Below, piece by piece: positions 9,789 through 18,351 of a stretch of DNA of 64,000 nt; position 1 is the first letter of the stretch; every line of letters begins with the position of its first letter. Source of the stretch: an uncultured bacterium (GTDB lineage: Bacteria; Patescibacteriota; Minisyncoccia; Phycocordibacterales; Phycocordibacteraceae); assembly GCA_947085985.1 (NCBI GenBank), contig CAMTYL010000003.1:234108-298107 (forward strand). The letters are read 5' to 3'. The notes beneath the pieces are model-generated. The model saw only the letters and a list, made by a program, of their open reading frames with translations, did not search any database and was not told where the DNA came from. Position numbers and translations under genes: made by a program.

Positions 9789-10856
9789 TTACAGTCCGAG
9801 TGTTTTTGGCACGAGTCGAGCTGGACTTTCCACTGTTTCAATTATGGCGCCCGCATCAAGCACTGGAGCCTCTGTAGCCGCAGGCTTGTCTTGCTGCTCC
9901 CGCTCCTCCCTCGCCTCTTGCTTTGCTTTTAGCAGTGCTCTGATGAAATGGGTACCGTCCTCGGGCGTTGAACTAGCAGTGGTTGAAGCGGAGATTCCTG
10001 CCTTCATGACTGACGCTCCTGAAAGGAGACCGCGCGAAGCTGCCACAGGTCGCTCTTCACCCTTATCACTTATGGCGCGGAGGGCTTCTCCTTCGGCAAT
10101 CACTCGCGCGTCCATGTGCAGTGAGCGCAGATACACTACTTTCTTGGAAACAAGCATCTTAAACGTTTCCTTCTCATCAGTGTCTAGCGGGGCTGCCATT
10201 TTTGCCATCGGCATTGCAGCGAGCGCTGACGCGTCCGCAACTTCAGGTGCAGCCGATGCACTGGTCGCAAGCACATCATCAGCTGGCTCGTGGTCCACGC
10301 GTGCACCAAGTTCCTCCGCCAGTTCGCTACGAATGGCGATGGACGCGCCTGGGTCGGTAGTCTCAAATGCCATAGCAAGTGTCTCAACACGCTCAGTTTC
10401 GGCTATAAAGCGCTTGCTCAGCTCTGATTCTTGCTCAGGCGAAAGTGGGCCGCGTCCCTCAAGTGCCTTTGCCTCTTCAACGCGCTTTACCGCAAGCTTT
10501 GCATGGAAGCGGGCCTTCTCTACTCCGGTTCCTGCAAATACGCTTGCTACTGGCTCTGCGACGCCAACCTTTATTGGATAGAGCATATCCCCAGGGAGCG
10601 CCTTCTCGCTCGCAAACGCGGTAGCGCTCGTCGTAGAAACCACAAACACAATCGCAAAAGCACTCGCCATAAGTGGGCGCGATGTAGAAAAGATGCCGGT
10701 GATGAATGAAATACTATTGAACGGAGCCTTCTCTGTCTGTGGCATTGCGTGTAGGTCTGCGTACGCCAAAAGCTCACTGCGCATTGCAGCTCGTGAGCGA
10801 TCCTCAAGGGTGAGGTTCTTCAATTCTTGAAATAGTTGCTTTTCAGTTAGTTTCAT
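9789..10856 (-). CDS. Putative anti-sigma factor (DUF5667-like)
   Basis: Overlaps the ECF sigma stop; TM helix followed by ALPGDMLYPIKV motif. Confidence 0.75.
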   Translation of the reverse strand: MKLTEKQLFQELKNLTLEDRSRAAMRSELLAYADLHAMPQTEKAPFNSISFITGIFSTSRPLMASAFAIVFVVSTTSATAFASEKALPGDMLYPIKVGVAEPVASVFAGTGVEKARFHAKLAVKRVEEAKALEGRGPLSPEQESELSKRFIAETERVETLAMAFETTDPGASIAIRSELAEELGARVDHEPADDVLATSASAAPEVADASALAAMPMAKMAAPLDTDEKETFKMLVSKKVVYLRSLHMDARVIAEGEALRAISDKGEERPVAASRGLLSGASVMKAGISASTTASSTPEDGTHFIRALLKAKQEAREEREQQDKPAATEAPVLDAGAIIETVESPARLVPKTLGL

Positions 10857-11353
10857 ACGTGTAGTTGTTCGCGGACCTTTTTCAATGCGCGATTGATGCG
10901 CACCGATACCGCATTTGCGCTCTCTCCACGAAGCGCCGCAATCTCGGCAGGAGAGAATCCTTCCACAAAACGGAGCACCATAGCCTCACGCGAGGGTTCG
11001 TCCAGGGTATATATCACGCGTAGTACTTCTTCATTCATCGCATGATGCAGAATAGGCACTTCGTTAGAACCTTCTATTTCCACGCCTTCGTCAGTTATAG
11101 CATCAAGCGATGTTTCTTTTTTCTTTCTATACCAGTCAATGACAAGATTACGCGCGATAGCATACAAAAGTGCCCTATCGTTTCGCAACACGGTACCCTC
11201 TCGCAAGGCTTGCCAGAAACGGACAAAAACGTCCTGAGTGATATCTTCCGCCTTCTCTTTGTTACTTACCTTCATGAGAACAAAGCGATAGATAGCGTCA
11301 GCGTACGTCTCGTACGATAGGAGAAAATAGTCTTTAGCTTCGTCCTGGTCCAT
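10853..11353 (-). CDS. ECF-subfamily RNA polymerase sigma-70 factor
   Basis: Region 2 AEDITQDVF..IARNLVIDWYRK; region 4 LRFVEGFSPAEIA...VSVRINRA. Confidence 0.93.
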   Translation of the reverse strand: MDQDEAKDYFLLSYETYADAIYRFVLMKVSNKEKAEDITQDVFVRFWQALREGTVLRNDRALLYAIARNLVIDWYRKKKETSLDAITDEGVEIEGSNEVPILHHAMNEEVLRVIYTLDEPSREAMVLRFVEGFSPAEIAALRGESANAVSVRINRALKKVREQLHV

Positions 11354-11463
11354 AGAATATGACGTATTCCAGCCAGCATTCTGTCGCTACAGAATCTGGT
11401 GATGGAACACTAAGTCCCCTCTATGGTGCCACAATACTGTGCGTAGGGCTATGGGTACTATAG

Positions 11464-11491
11464 AACAAGCGCCCCTGTAGGGGCGCTTGTT
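11464..11491. terminator. Intrinsic terminator-like hairpin
   Basis: AACAAGCGCCCCT-GT-AGGGGCGCTTGTT, downstream of the 11512 minus-strand gene. Confidence 0.7.
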
Positions 11492-11511
11492 ACAAAAAAC
11501 GGAGCGAGATG

Positions 11512-11988
11512 CTAGCGAGACTTCTTTGCTACTTTCGTAGCCTTTTTGACTGCCTTTACAATTGCCTTCTTGGCGGCCTTTGGGTTGGTAGCTGTCTTTA
11601 CCGCTTTCTTCACGTCAGTTGACGGCTCCAGCTCCTTTTTCATCTTTGTCCAGTTCTTCTTGAGCTCTTCAACAGCTGCGTCCACGTCTTTCTTAGACAC
11701 ACCCTCCATCTGGCGGTATGCCGCTGATGCCTTCTCCACTGCAGCAGCCACGCTCTTGGCGTCTAGCTTCTGAAGCTTCTTCACCTGCTTGAGGGTGTCG
11801 CGCTTTAGGCCCTTTGCCCACTTGCTTGCAGACTCGCGGTGCGCTGCTGCGTTCTTGGTACCGTAGAAGTAGTACCCTGCTGCGCCAGCTGCTGCGACTG
11901 CTGCAAGTACTCCTGCACCAATCTCAACTGCGTCCATAGCACTCATTCCCTTCTTGCTTGCTGCTTTCTTTACAACTTTCTTAGCCAT
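11512..11988 (-). CDS. Lys/Ala-rich basic hypothetical protein with one TM segment
   Basis: Start re-assigned to MAKKVVKK (ATG 11988); AAAGAAGYYFYG segment. Confidence 0.75.
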   Translation of the reverse strand: MAKKVVKKAASKKGMSAMDAVEIGAGVLAAVAAAGAAGYYFYGTKNAAAHRESASKWAKGLKRDTLKQVKKLQKLDAKSVAAAVEKASAAYRQMEGVSKKDVDAAVEELKKNWTKMKKELEPSTDVKKAVKTATNPKAAKKAIVKAVKKATKVAKKSR

Positions 11989-12007
11989 ACCGTATGTACT
12001 TAAATTA

Positions 12008-12283
12008 TTAGGACCGCTTTGCGCGGGGCTTGCGCTTGGTAACACCGCTCAGAAACCCGAATAGATGACCGATACGAAGACCGCCCTCTGTCACGCTTTC
12101 GCGCACATTCTGAATGTCTTCGCGCAGCTGCTCACCTTCTTCTTTCACCAGCGTTGCAACTTCGTCAATCTTTCTTAGTACCCCGAGCACGCGGATGAGG
12201 ACTAATGTCAAAAGGATAGTTAGTACAACTACCGCGACAGTCGTCACGACAAAGAAGACATCCATTTTGAGAAAATCGCTCAT
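12008..12283 (-). CDS. Small membrane protein with coiled-coil tail
   Basis: 91-aa ORF, N-terminal TM helix. Confidence 0.75.
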   Translation of the reverse strand: MSDFLKMDVFFVVTTVAVVVLTILLTLVLIRVLGVLRKIDEVATLVKEEGEQLREDIQNVRESVTEGGLRIGHLFGFLSGVTKRKPRAKRS

Positions 12284-12343
12284 CTGTACCTACATGGTAG
12301 CCTCTCCGTTGCCAAGTGCAAGCTCTTCTGTGTATACCGAGCC

Positions 12344-12574
12344 CTAATCCATTACCTGAACGAAGCGTGGGCCAGAGTAGCCAATCTCGGGCTTGAACAC
12401 TTCCTCCATAAACATCGGAAGTGGGCGGGCGAACATCTCCGCCTTCGCGCCGCCGTAGAGTGGCTTATACACCACGAGCGATTCTTCGGTCTCGGTGTGC
12501 ATGGCGGTGCCGAGCACTTCGTACAATTTTGTGTCATCTTTAAAGTGGTGGTAGATGCCGGGTTCTGGTTGCAT
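12344..12574 (-). CDS. DUF1653 family protein
   Basis: PGIYHHFK..YEV...HTETEE.LVVYKPLY...ARPL.MF...GPRF signature. Confidence 0.88.
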   Translation of the reverse strand: MQPEPGIYHHFKDDTKLYEVLGTAMHTETEESLVVYKPLYGGAKAEMFARPLPMFMEEVFKPEIGYSGPRFVQVMD

Positions 12575-12607
12575 ACAGGCAGTGATTGAAAGCGAAGTAA
12601 TAATGCT

Positions 12608-12693
12608 CCTGTGCTAGGCGCGCACTGCCCGGAAAAGGAAGCGTATGCAGTATACGATGACTGCAGTCGGGCTGTGCTACAACAACGCACAGG
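12608..12693 (+). repeat. Intergenic structured palindromic repeat, copy 1
   Basis: CCTGTGC...GCACAGG outer stem; TAGGC/AACAAC internal loop; GAAGCGTA-loop-TACGATGA core shared with 31254 and 40483 elements. Confidence 0.65.
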
Positions 12694-12748
12694 GATAGTA
12701 GTACGAGCGATATGTACTTTTTGTTAAAGATGTGTTATACTTATATTA

Positions 12749-13657
12749 ATGTCATCATCTCGCCGAAAGCCTGGATTCACCCTTAAAAGGGCGCCCGTAG
12801 CCGCTAAAAAGCCTGCAGCGTCCTCGCGCAGGGGTGCTACTAAGACAGCACCTGAACCAAAGCCGAAAGCTCCTCGTGGTCGCGCGTCTTTTTCTACGAC
12901 GCCAAGCTTCGTAAAGCAGCGTGGCCCGTCCCCTATGCCAAAGGGAGAGCTCTACCCTATGCGTATTAATAAGTACCTGGCACTCAAGGGGCACTCTACG
13001 CGCCGCGAAGCAGACACACTGATTACTCGCAAGGCAGTCCTTATCAACGGACGTGTCGCCCAAGTGGGAGACAAGGTACTTGAAACCGATGCAGTGGAGG
13101 TGCGCCGCAACAGTCGCCCAAAGCAGTACGCGTACTTTGCCTTCAACAAGCCAGCGGGCGTAGACACCCACCGAGAAGACACCGGCGCAGAGAACATTTT
13201 TGATTCGCTTCCTGCTGAACTGAAGCAGTTGAAGCTCTTTCCTATTGGCCGCTTGGACAAGGCGTCACACGGTCTCATTATTTTGACGAACGATGGACGC
13301 ATTACCGACCGCCTCTTGAATCCCGACTACGCGCACGAGAAGGTCTACGAAGTGCGTACCAAGCAACCGATACGTGCAACGTTTAAGGATCACATGGAGA
13401 AGGGGGTGCTTATTGAGGGCTATATGACCCGACCTGCTAAAGTAAACCTACTTGGCGAGAAGGCGTTCCGCATCACTCTTACTGAAGGCAAGAGTCACCA
13501 GATTCGCCGCATGGTGGTGGCGCTTCACAACGAAGTGTCCGACCTGCGCCGTATGAGCATCATGAATATTAAAATTGGCGCGCTAAAGGGAGGAAGCTAC
13601 CGCGCAATTGAAGGCGACGAACTTGCTGCATTTCTTTCCGCCCTGGGCTTAGCCTAA
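12749..13657 (+). CDS. rRNA pseudouridine synthase (RluB/RluF/RsuA family)
   Basis: S4 domain MRINKYLA...SRREAD; catalytic IGRLDK; LTEGKSHQIRRM. Confidence 0.93.
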   Translation: MSSSRRKPGFTLKRAPVAAKKPAASSRRGATKTAPEPKPKAPRGRASFSTTPSFVKQRGPSPMPKGELYPMRINKYLALKGHSTRREADTLITRKAVLINGRVAQVGDKVLETDAVEVRRNSRPKQYAYFAFNKPAGVDTHREDTGAENIFDSLPAELKQLKLFPIGRLDKASHGLIILTNDGRITDRLLNPDYAHEKVYEVRTKQPIRATFKDHMEKGVLIEGYMTRPAKVNLLGEKAFRITLTEGKSHQIRRMVVALHNEVSDLRRMSIMNIKIGALKGGSYRAIEGDELAAFLSALGLA

Positions 13658-13746
13658 TACAAGGTTCAACCTTGTATGTATTCACGTTGTATTTTAAGAG
13701 TTGCACGGCTTCATTTATACAGAGCTTTACAAGGTTGAACCTTGTA
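13658..13746. repeat. Two copies of 19-bp palindrome TACAAGGTTSAACCTTGTA
   Basis: 13658-13676 and 13728-13746 are reverse complements; third copy at 63898-63916. Confidence 0.8.
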
Positions 13747-13783
13747 TTGGGAGGCTTGGGATAACGTAGAATGGGCCGGCACC

Positions 13784-14488
13784 CTAGGGTGCCGGCCCAT
13801 CTTCATTTTCCCGCGCCTGCTTCCCAACTCGCGCGAGGGCTTCGCGACGAACGTGCTTGGGAAGGTACGTAAGCGAGAGCTTTATGTACATCTTTGAAAG
13901 GTACACGACCACCGAGCCCAGAGTGAACTGAATCTCACCTGCAATCTCTTTGTTCGTTCTTCCTTCCCCTGCCAGCGCAAGCAGTCTGGATTCATTGACC
14001 GATAGCCTGACTAACAAGTCCAGATGATTGCTCGGGTTGAAGTCGGCTAAGTCGTCTCCCTCCTCTGCCGCCGACGCACCCTTTTTCTTTGACTGGTAGG
14101 GACTTCTGGCGCCCCTGGGACTTTCAACCCTTACCTGCCTTTGGAGTACCGCAAGCGAGGCAAGATGTGGCAGCGATTGACCTTGCTCCATGCGAGTAAG
14201 TCGCGCCGCGTCTACGGGCGAATTGTCCGAGTGCTCGGCGCACGTACCCTGGTCAAAATCGGTCACCAGGTTCTTTTTGTCGGAGGTGAGTGCGCACACT
14301 TTACACACTCGTCGTGGCGACCGACAGCCGATTGCGCAGCACCCTTGAGCGTTGCGTAATGGGATGCGGGTCTGCCTGTCGCAGACAGCAGCACTTACTC
14401 CTTGGGGGTTCCAAGCACAGGGCTTGTGTAGAATGACGGTCGGTTTTGAGAGCGAGGTCTCTAGACCTGGCTCAGGATTTCTTGCCAT
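13784..14488 (-). CDS. LuxR-type HTH protein with Cys-rich N-terminal region
   Basis: C-terminal LSVNESRLLALAGEGRTNKEIAGEIQFTLGSVVVYLSKMYIKL; start MARNP preceded by GAGAGG. Confidence 0.7.
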   Translation of the reverse strand: MARNPEPGLETSLSKPTVILHKPCAWNPQGVSAAVCDRQTRIPLRNAQGCCAIGCRSPRRVCKVCALTSDKKNLVTDFDQGTCAEHSDNSPVDAARLTRMEQGQSLPHLASLAVLQRQVRVESPRGARSPYQSKKKGASAAEEGDDLADFNPSNHLDLLVRLSVNESRLLALAGEGRTNKEIAGEIQFTLGSVVVYLSKMYIKLSLTYLPKHVRREALARVGKQARENEDGPAP

Positions 14489-14577
14489 GAAGGACCTCTC
14501 TGGTTTCTGTTGTATCCGCTGTGAGTATACGCAGGAACCCTGGACTGTCCACAAATATGCCTGTCCCCCGCCATTCT

Positions 14578-14607
14578 TTGACAGGTGAACCCTAGTTCAC
14601 TTACTAT
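14578..14607 (+). promoter_or_regulatory. Sigma-70 promoter of lexA with LexA-type operator
   Basis: TTGACA (14578-83), 18 bp, TACTAT (14602-07); palindrome GTGAAC-CCTA-GTTCAC (14585-14600) in the spacer. Confidence 0.8.
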
Positions 14608-14613
14608 GGGGGT

Positions 14614-15183
14614 ATGGATTACCACACACGGAGGCGCGCGGTTATTGGATTTTGGCAACAGCATCGCCGCATGCCTGGCTACCAAGAGTTTATGAAATTG
14701 CTCGGCGTGAAGAGCAAGAACTCGGTATATAAGTTTGTAGAGAAACTCGTTGATGAGGGTGTTTTGGAAAAAGATTTGCAGGGCAGACTCACCCCCGGGC
14801 GCGAACTGCGCGGCGTACCACTCCTTGGCGTTGTTGAAGCTGGCTTCCCCACTCCTGCAGAGGAAGAGATGCTCGATGTGATGGATTTTGACGAATACCT
14901 GACACCCAACAAGGAATCTAGCTATGTACTCAAAGTGAAGGGTGACTCCATGATAGAAGCTGGTATTCACCCGGGCGACCTGGTCATTGTAGAGCGAAAA
15001 CCCACCTATAAAGTGGGGCAAATTGTGATTGCATCTATTGAAGGCGAATACACCATGAAGTACTTGCGCAAGAAGAACGAGCACTACTATCTGGAACCCG
15101 CTAACAGCGCGTACAAGCCTATCTATCCGAAAGGCAATCTCAACATTGAAGCTGTTGTGACCTCCGTCGTTCGTAAGTACTAG
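14614..15183 (+). CDS. lexA: LexA repressor (S24 peptidase)
   Basis: N-terminal wHTH (MPGYQEFMKLLGVKSKNSV), Ala-Gly cleavage site VEAGFP, catalytic GDSM and Lys in YTMKY. Confidence 0.9.
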   Translation: MDYHTRRRAVIGFWQQHRRMPGYQEFMKLLGVKSKNSVYKFVEKLVDEGVLEKDLQGRLTPGRELRGVPLLGVVEAGFPTPAEEEMLDVMDFDEYLTPNKESSYVLKVKGDSMIEAGIHPGDLVIVERKPTYKVGQIVIASIEGEYTMKYLRKKNEHYYLEPANSAYKPIYPKGNLNIEAVVTSVVRKY

Positions 15184-15294
15184 AGGAACATCCATATATG
15201 GCACGCTGCTTTGTTGTGGGTTCCGATACTCGTTCACCGTATACTCGATACGCCTCACTCCGTTTCTCACCCACGCCTCGCATCGTACTCATAT

Positions 15295-16572
15295 ATGAAT
15301 ATTCCTAAGCCGCCACAATCTTTGATACTCCATGTGGACGGAGATGCCTTCTTCGCCATGTGTGAAGTGTCGCGGCGTCCTGATCTGCGCGGCAAGCCCG
15401 TGGTAGTCGGACGTGAACGTGGCATTGTCACTGCTGCTACCTACGAAGCGAAAGCACTTGGGATTAGTCGAGCCACACCGATATTTGAAGTGCGCAGTCG
15501 CTTTCCACAGGTGACTATCCTCCCTTCCGATTTTGAGCTCTACGCGCAGGTGAGTAAACGCATGTATGCGATTGTGCGGCGTTACGCACCACTCGTAGAG
15601 GAGTATGGGACCGATGAATGTTTCGCTGATCTTTCGCTACTCACTAACCCCATTGAGGACGCGCGACGTATTAAAGAGGAACTTCAGAGTGAGCTCAACA
15701 TCACCTTCTCACTTGGTATTGGTCAAACCAAAGTATTAGCGAAGCTCGGCTCAAAACACCAGAAGCCCGACGGCTTTTTTGTCGTAACCAAGGACAATCG
15801 CACAGAATGCCTTTCGCAGACACTCGTATCCAACATATGGGGACTTGGACCAAAAACATCAGCAAAACTAGCCGGTATGGGAATACTGAACAGTCTTCAG
15901 TTTGCGCAGCTACCGCGCGAGCGCGTGCATGAGTTATTCAACGCACCCATTGTAGACCTGTGGGATGAATTGAATGGAGAGAGCGTTCTTGCAGTAGACT
16001 TTGTAAACGCAAACGACCAAAAATCTATCCAGAGGACGCGAAGTTTTAACCCACCCACTACCGACCCACGCATTCTTTTCTCGGAACTTTCCCAACATGT
16101 TGAGAACGGTTGTCGCAAGGCGCGCCGTCTTGGCACCGTTGCCACGCACGCATCTTTCTTCCTTAAGACGCAGGCATTCCGTTTCCATACTGGCGAAGTA
16201 AAACTACTGGCTCCCACCAACAACCCAAGCGACATTCTTCCTCTTCTTCGCACCGAGTTTCTCCGTGTATATAAATCAAACACGCTCTACCGCACCACCG
16301 GGATTACCCTCTCGGGCCTGAGGGAGCCTGCGAGCCTCCAGCAGAACCTTTTTGAGAGTATACATACCCACGAGCACAGTAAAGTACTTATGCAGACGCT
16401 AGACCGTCTGGAACATAAGTTTGGCGAACACACCGTATTCTTTGGGACGAGCGCTCGCTCAATCACTGCTGACGCTCTACGCCCAGCTCCTTCGCGTATG
16501 CACGAGGATTCTCTCATCTACACCAGTGAAGGCGCGAAGCGCTTTCCTATTCCCTTTATGGGTTCTGTGTAG
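15295..16572 (+). CDS. dinB: Y-family DNA polymerase IV (DinB/UmuC-like)
   Basis: HVDGDAFFAMCE, AATYEAK, YGTDECFAD, IWGLGPKT motifs; start re-assigned to MNIPK. Confidence 0.92.
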   Translation: MNIPKPPQSLILHVDGDAFFAMCEVSRRPDLRGKPVVVGRERGIVTAATYEAKALGISRATPIFEVRSRFPQVTILPSDFELYAQVSKRMYAIVRRYAPLVEEYGTDECFADLSLLTNPIEDARRIKEELQSELNITFSLGIGQTKVLAKLGSKHQKPDGFFVVTKDNRTECLSQTLVSNIWGLGPKTSAKLAGMGILNSLQFAQLPRERVHELFNAPIVDLWDELNGESVLAVDFVNANDQKSIQRTRSFNPPTTDPRILFSELSQHVENGCRKARRLGTVATHASFFLKTQAFRFHTGEVKLLAPTNNPSDILPLLRTEFLRVYKSNTLYRTTGITLSGLREPASLQQNLFESIHTHEHSKVLMQTLDRLEHKFGEHTVFFGTSARSITADALRPAPSRMHEDSLIYTSEGAKRFPIPFMGSV

Positions 16573-16816
16573 CCTTAAGTGCCAGCTTCTCGTCTCGAGA
16601 CAGCTGCTTCATCTCGTACTCGCGCCTTGATGCGGAACTTCTATCCGTATGCTCCTCGCTATATACCAGCACAACTGGTCGCTTCGCCCGCGTGTAGCGC
16701 GCCCCTTTGTCGGACTCGTTGTGCTCTTTGATTCTCCTGTCTACATCAGTGGTAATGCCGCTATAGAGGGTTCCGTCTGCGCACTCCACCATGTAGACGT
16801 GCCAGGTACTCGCCAT
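16556..16816 (-). CDS. GIY-YIG nuclease superfamily protein (UPF0213)
   Basis: WHVYMVECADGTLYSGITTDVDRRIKEHN...GARYTR. Confidence 0.92.
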   Translation of the reverse strand: MASTWHVYMVECADGTLYSGITTDVDRRIKEHNESDKGARYTRAKRPVVLVYSEEHTDRSSASRREYEMKQLSRDEKLALKATQNP

Positions 16817-16819
16817 GCG

Positions 16820-18310
16820 CTATTTCTTACCGAGATCGAGAACATTATCAATGCGAATCTGCTCTACAAATTCCGGAACGTGCGACACAAGAATCATTGC
16901 GCCCTCATACTGGTCAAGCGCTTTTGCAATGACTGGAAGGTGACGGAAATTAATGTGGTTGGTCGGCTCGTCCAAAATGAGAAGCCCTGGACGCATAAGC
17001 ACGAGGCGTGCAAAGGCAACGAGACCCTTCTGTCCCTCGGACAAGGAGCCAATCTTCTTATTCATGTGTTCTGCCGTGATGATGAAGCTTGCTGCAACTT
17101 TGCGCATCTGCTCCTCGTCCTGCTTGTCCATGATGGCGAGCAGCTCCTCGCGTACTGTGCGTTCAAAATCAAGCGTAGAGAAGTCTTGGCGGTAATAGCC
17201 AACACGCACACCCTTTGCAATCTCTGCACCATCTGCTTTGCCCGAAGCAAGACGTTCAAGTAGGGTGGTCTTTCCAATACCATTCGGCCCCTTTAATTGC
17301 AGGTGCTGTTTCTTCTTAAGCACAATGTCTGCTTTGTGCGTCACGGGCACATGCTTCTTTGGGTCAATCGTAGTGTAGGAAGTAATGGTGAGAAGCTCAC
17401 CGACAATCTCGGGCTGCGCAGGAATAACGAATGGACGAATGGTGCGGTCCTCCTTGCGTACATCCACCTTGTTCTCCTCCATCTCTTCAATTGCGGTGCG
17501 CATCTTCTTGGCTACCACGCGCATCTTTCCTCCCTTTTGTGCAAAGAAGTTTGCCTTGTCCTTGTTGTCTTGAATTTGCTTTTCAAGCTGTGCGTTCTTG
17601 CGATTCTCGCGTTCAATACGCGCTGAAATTTCCTTCAAGAGGTCGTAGTAGTTTCCTACGTACTGTTCAATCTTTCGGGTATGGACGTCTAGGTACAACA
17701 CGCCTTCAGTGAAGGAGTTTAGGAACTCCGCATCGTGGGAAATAACCATCACGCTCTTCTCGTACTTCTTAAGGAAGGCGGTAAGGTGCTCAATACCTGC
17801 AGTGTCTAGATTGTTGGTAGGCTCATCAAGTAGGAGCAAGTCGGGATCCTGAATGAGTGCAGAAGCAAGAAGCAAGCGTGCTTGCTGTCCACCAGAGAAG
17901 CTCTTAATAATGCGGTCGTGCGGAGCGTGCAGGTTTACCACTTCAAGTGCAGCATCAATCTTTGGGTCAATATCGTAGACCTTCTCTGTAAAGCGCTTCT
18001 CAAAAAATGCACGCACGGTAAGCTCGCGCTCGTCTGGCGCAATTACCTGGGCCGCGATGGCAACGGTTGTTCCGCGAGGAATAAGTACGCGTCCGTCCTC
18101 TGGCTTTCGCGCTCCGGTGATAAGACTGAAGAGCGTGGACTTGCCTGCGCCGTTCTGTCCCATCAAAGTCACCTTCATACCGCGACGAAGTGAGAAGTTT
18201 ACCGTATCTAGGATAGGGTGATTGTGACCGTATCCAAATGATACGTCTTCAAATTTGACCAGGACCTCGCGTGAAGGTCCTCCTTGTTCTGTATTGTTTT
18301 TTCCAGCCAC
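16820..18310 (-). CDS. ABC-F family ATPase
   Basis: Two ABC domains (GQNGAGKS/FSGGQ/LLDEPTN; GPNGIGKT/LSEGQ/LDEPTN), no TM segments. Confidence 0.92.
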   Translation of the reverse strand: MAGKNNTEQGGPSREVLVKFEDVSFGYGHNHPILDTVNFSLRRGMKVTLMGQNGAGKSTLFSLITGARKPEDGRVLIPRGTTVAIAAQVIAPDERELTVRAFFEKRFTEKVYDIDPKIDAALEVVNLHAPHDRIIKSFSGGQQARLLLASALIQDPDLLLLDEPTNNLDTAGIEHLTAFLKKYEKSVMVISHDAEFLNSFTEGVLYLDVHTRKIEQYVGNYYDLLKEISARIERENRKNAQLEKQIQDNKDKANFFAQKGGKMRVVAKKMRTAIEEMEENKVDVRKEDRTIRPFVIPAQPEIVGELLTITSYTTIDPKKHVPVTHKADIVLKKKQHLQLKGPNGIGKTTLLERLASGKADGAEIAKGVRVGYYRQDFSTLDFERTVREELLAIMDKQDEEQMRKVAASFIITAEHMNKKIGSLSEGQKGLVAFARLVLMRPGLLILDEPTNHINFRHLPVIAKALDQYEGAMILVSHVPEFVEQIRIDNVLDLGKK

Positions 18311-18351
18311 GTTTTTACTACTCTACCACATTTTCAGCAGATTGGTAAGTA

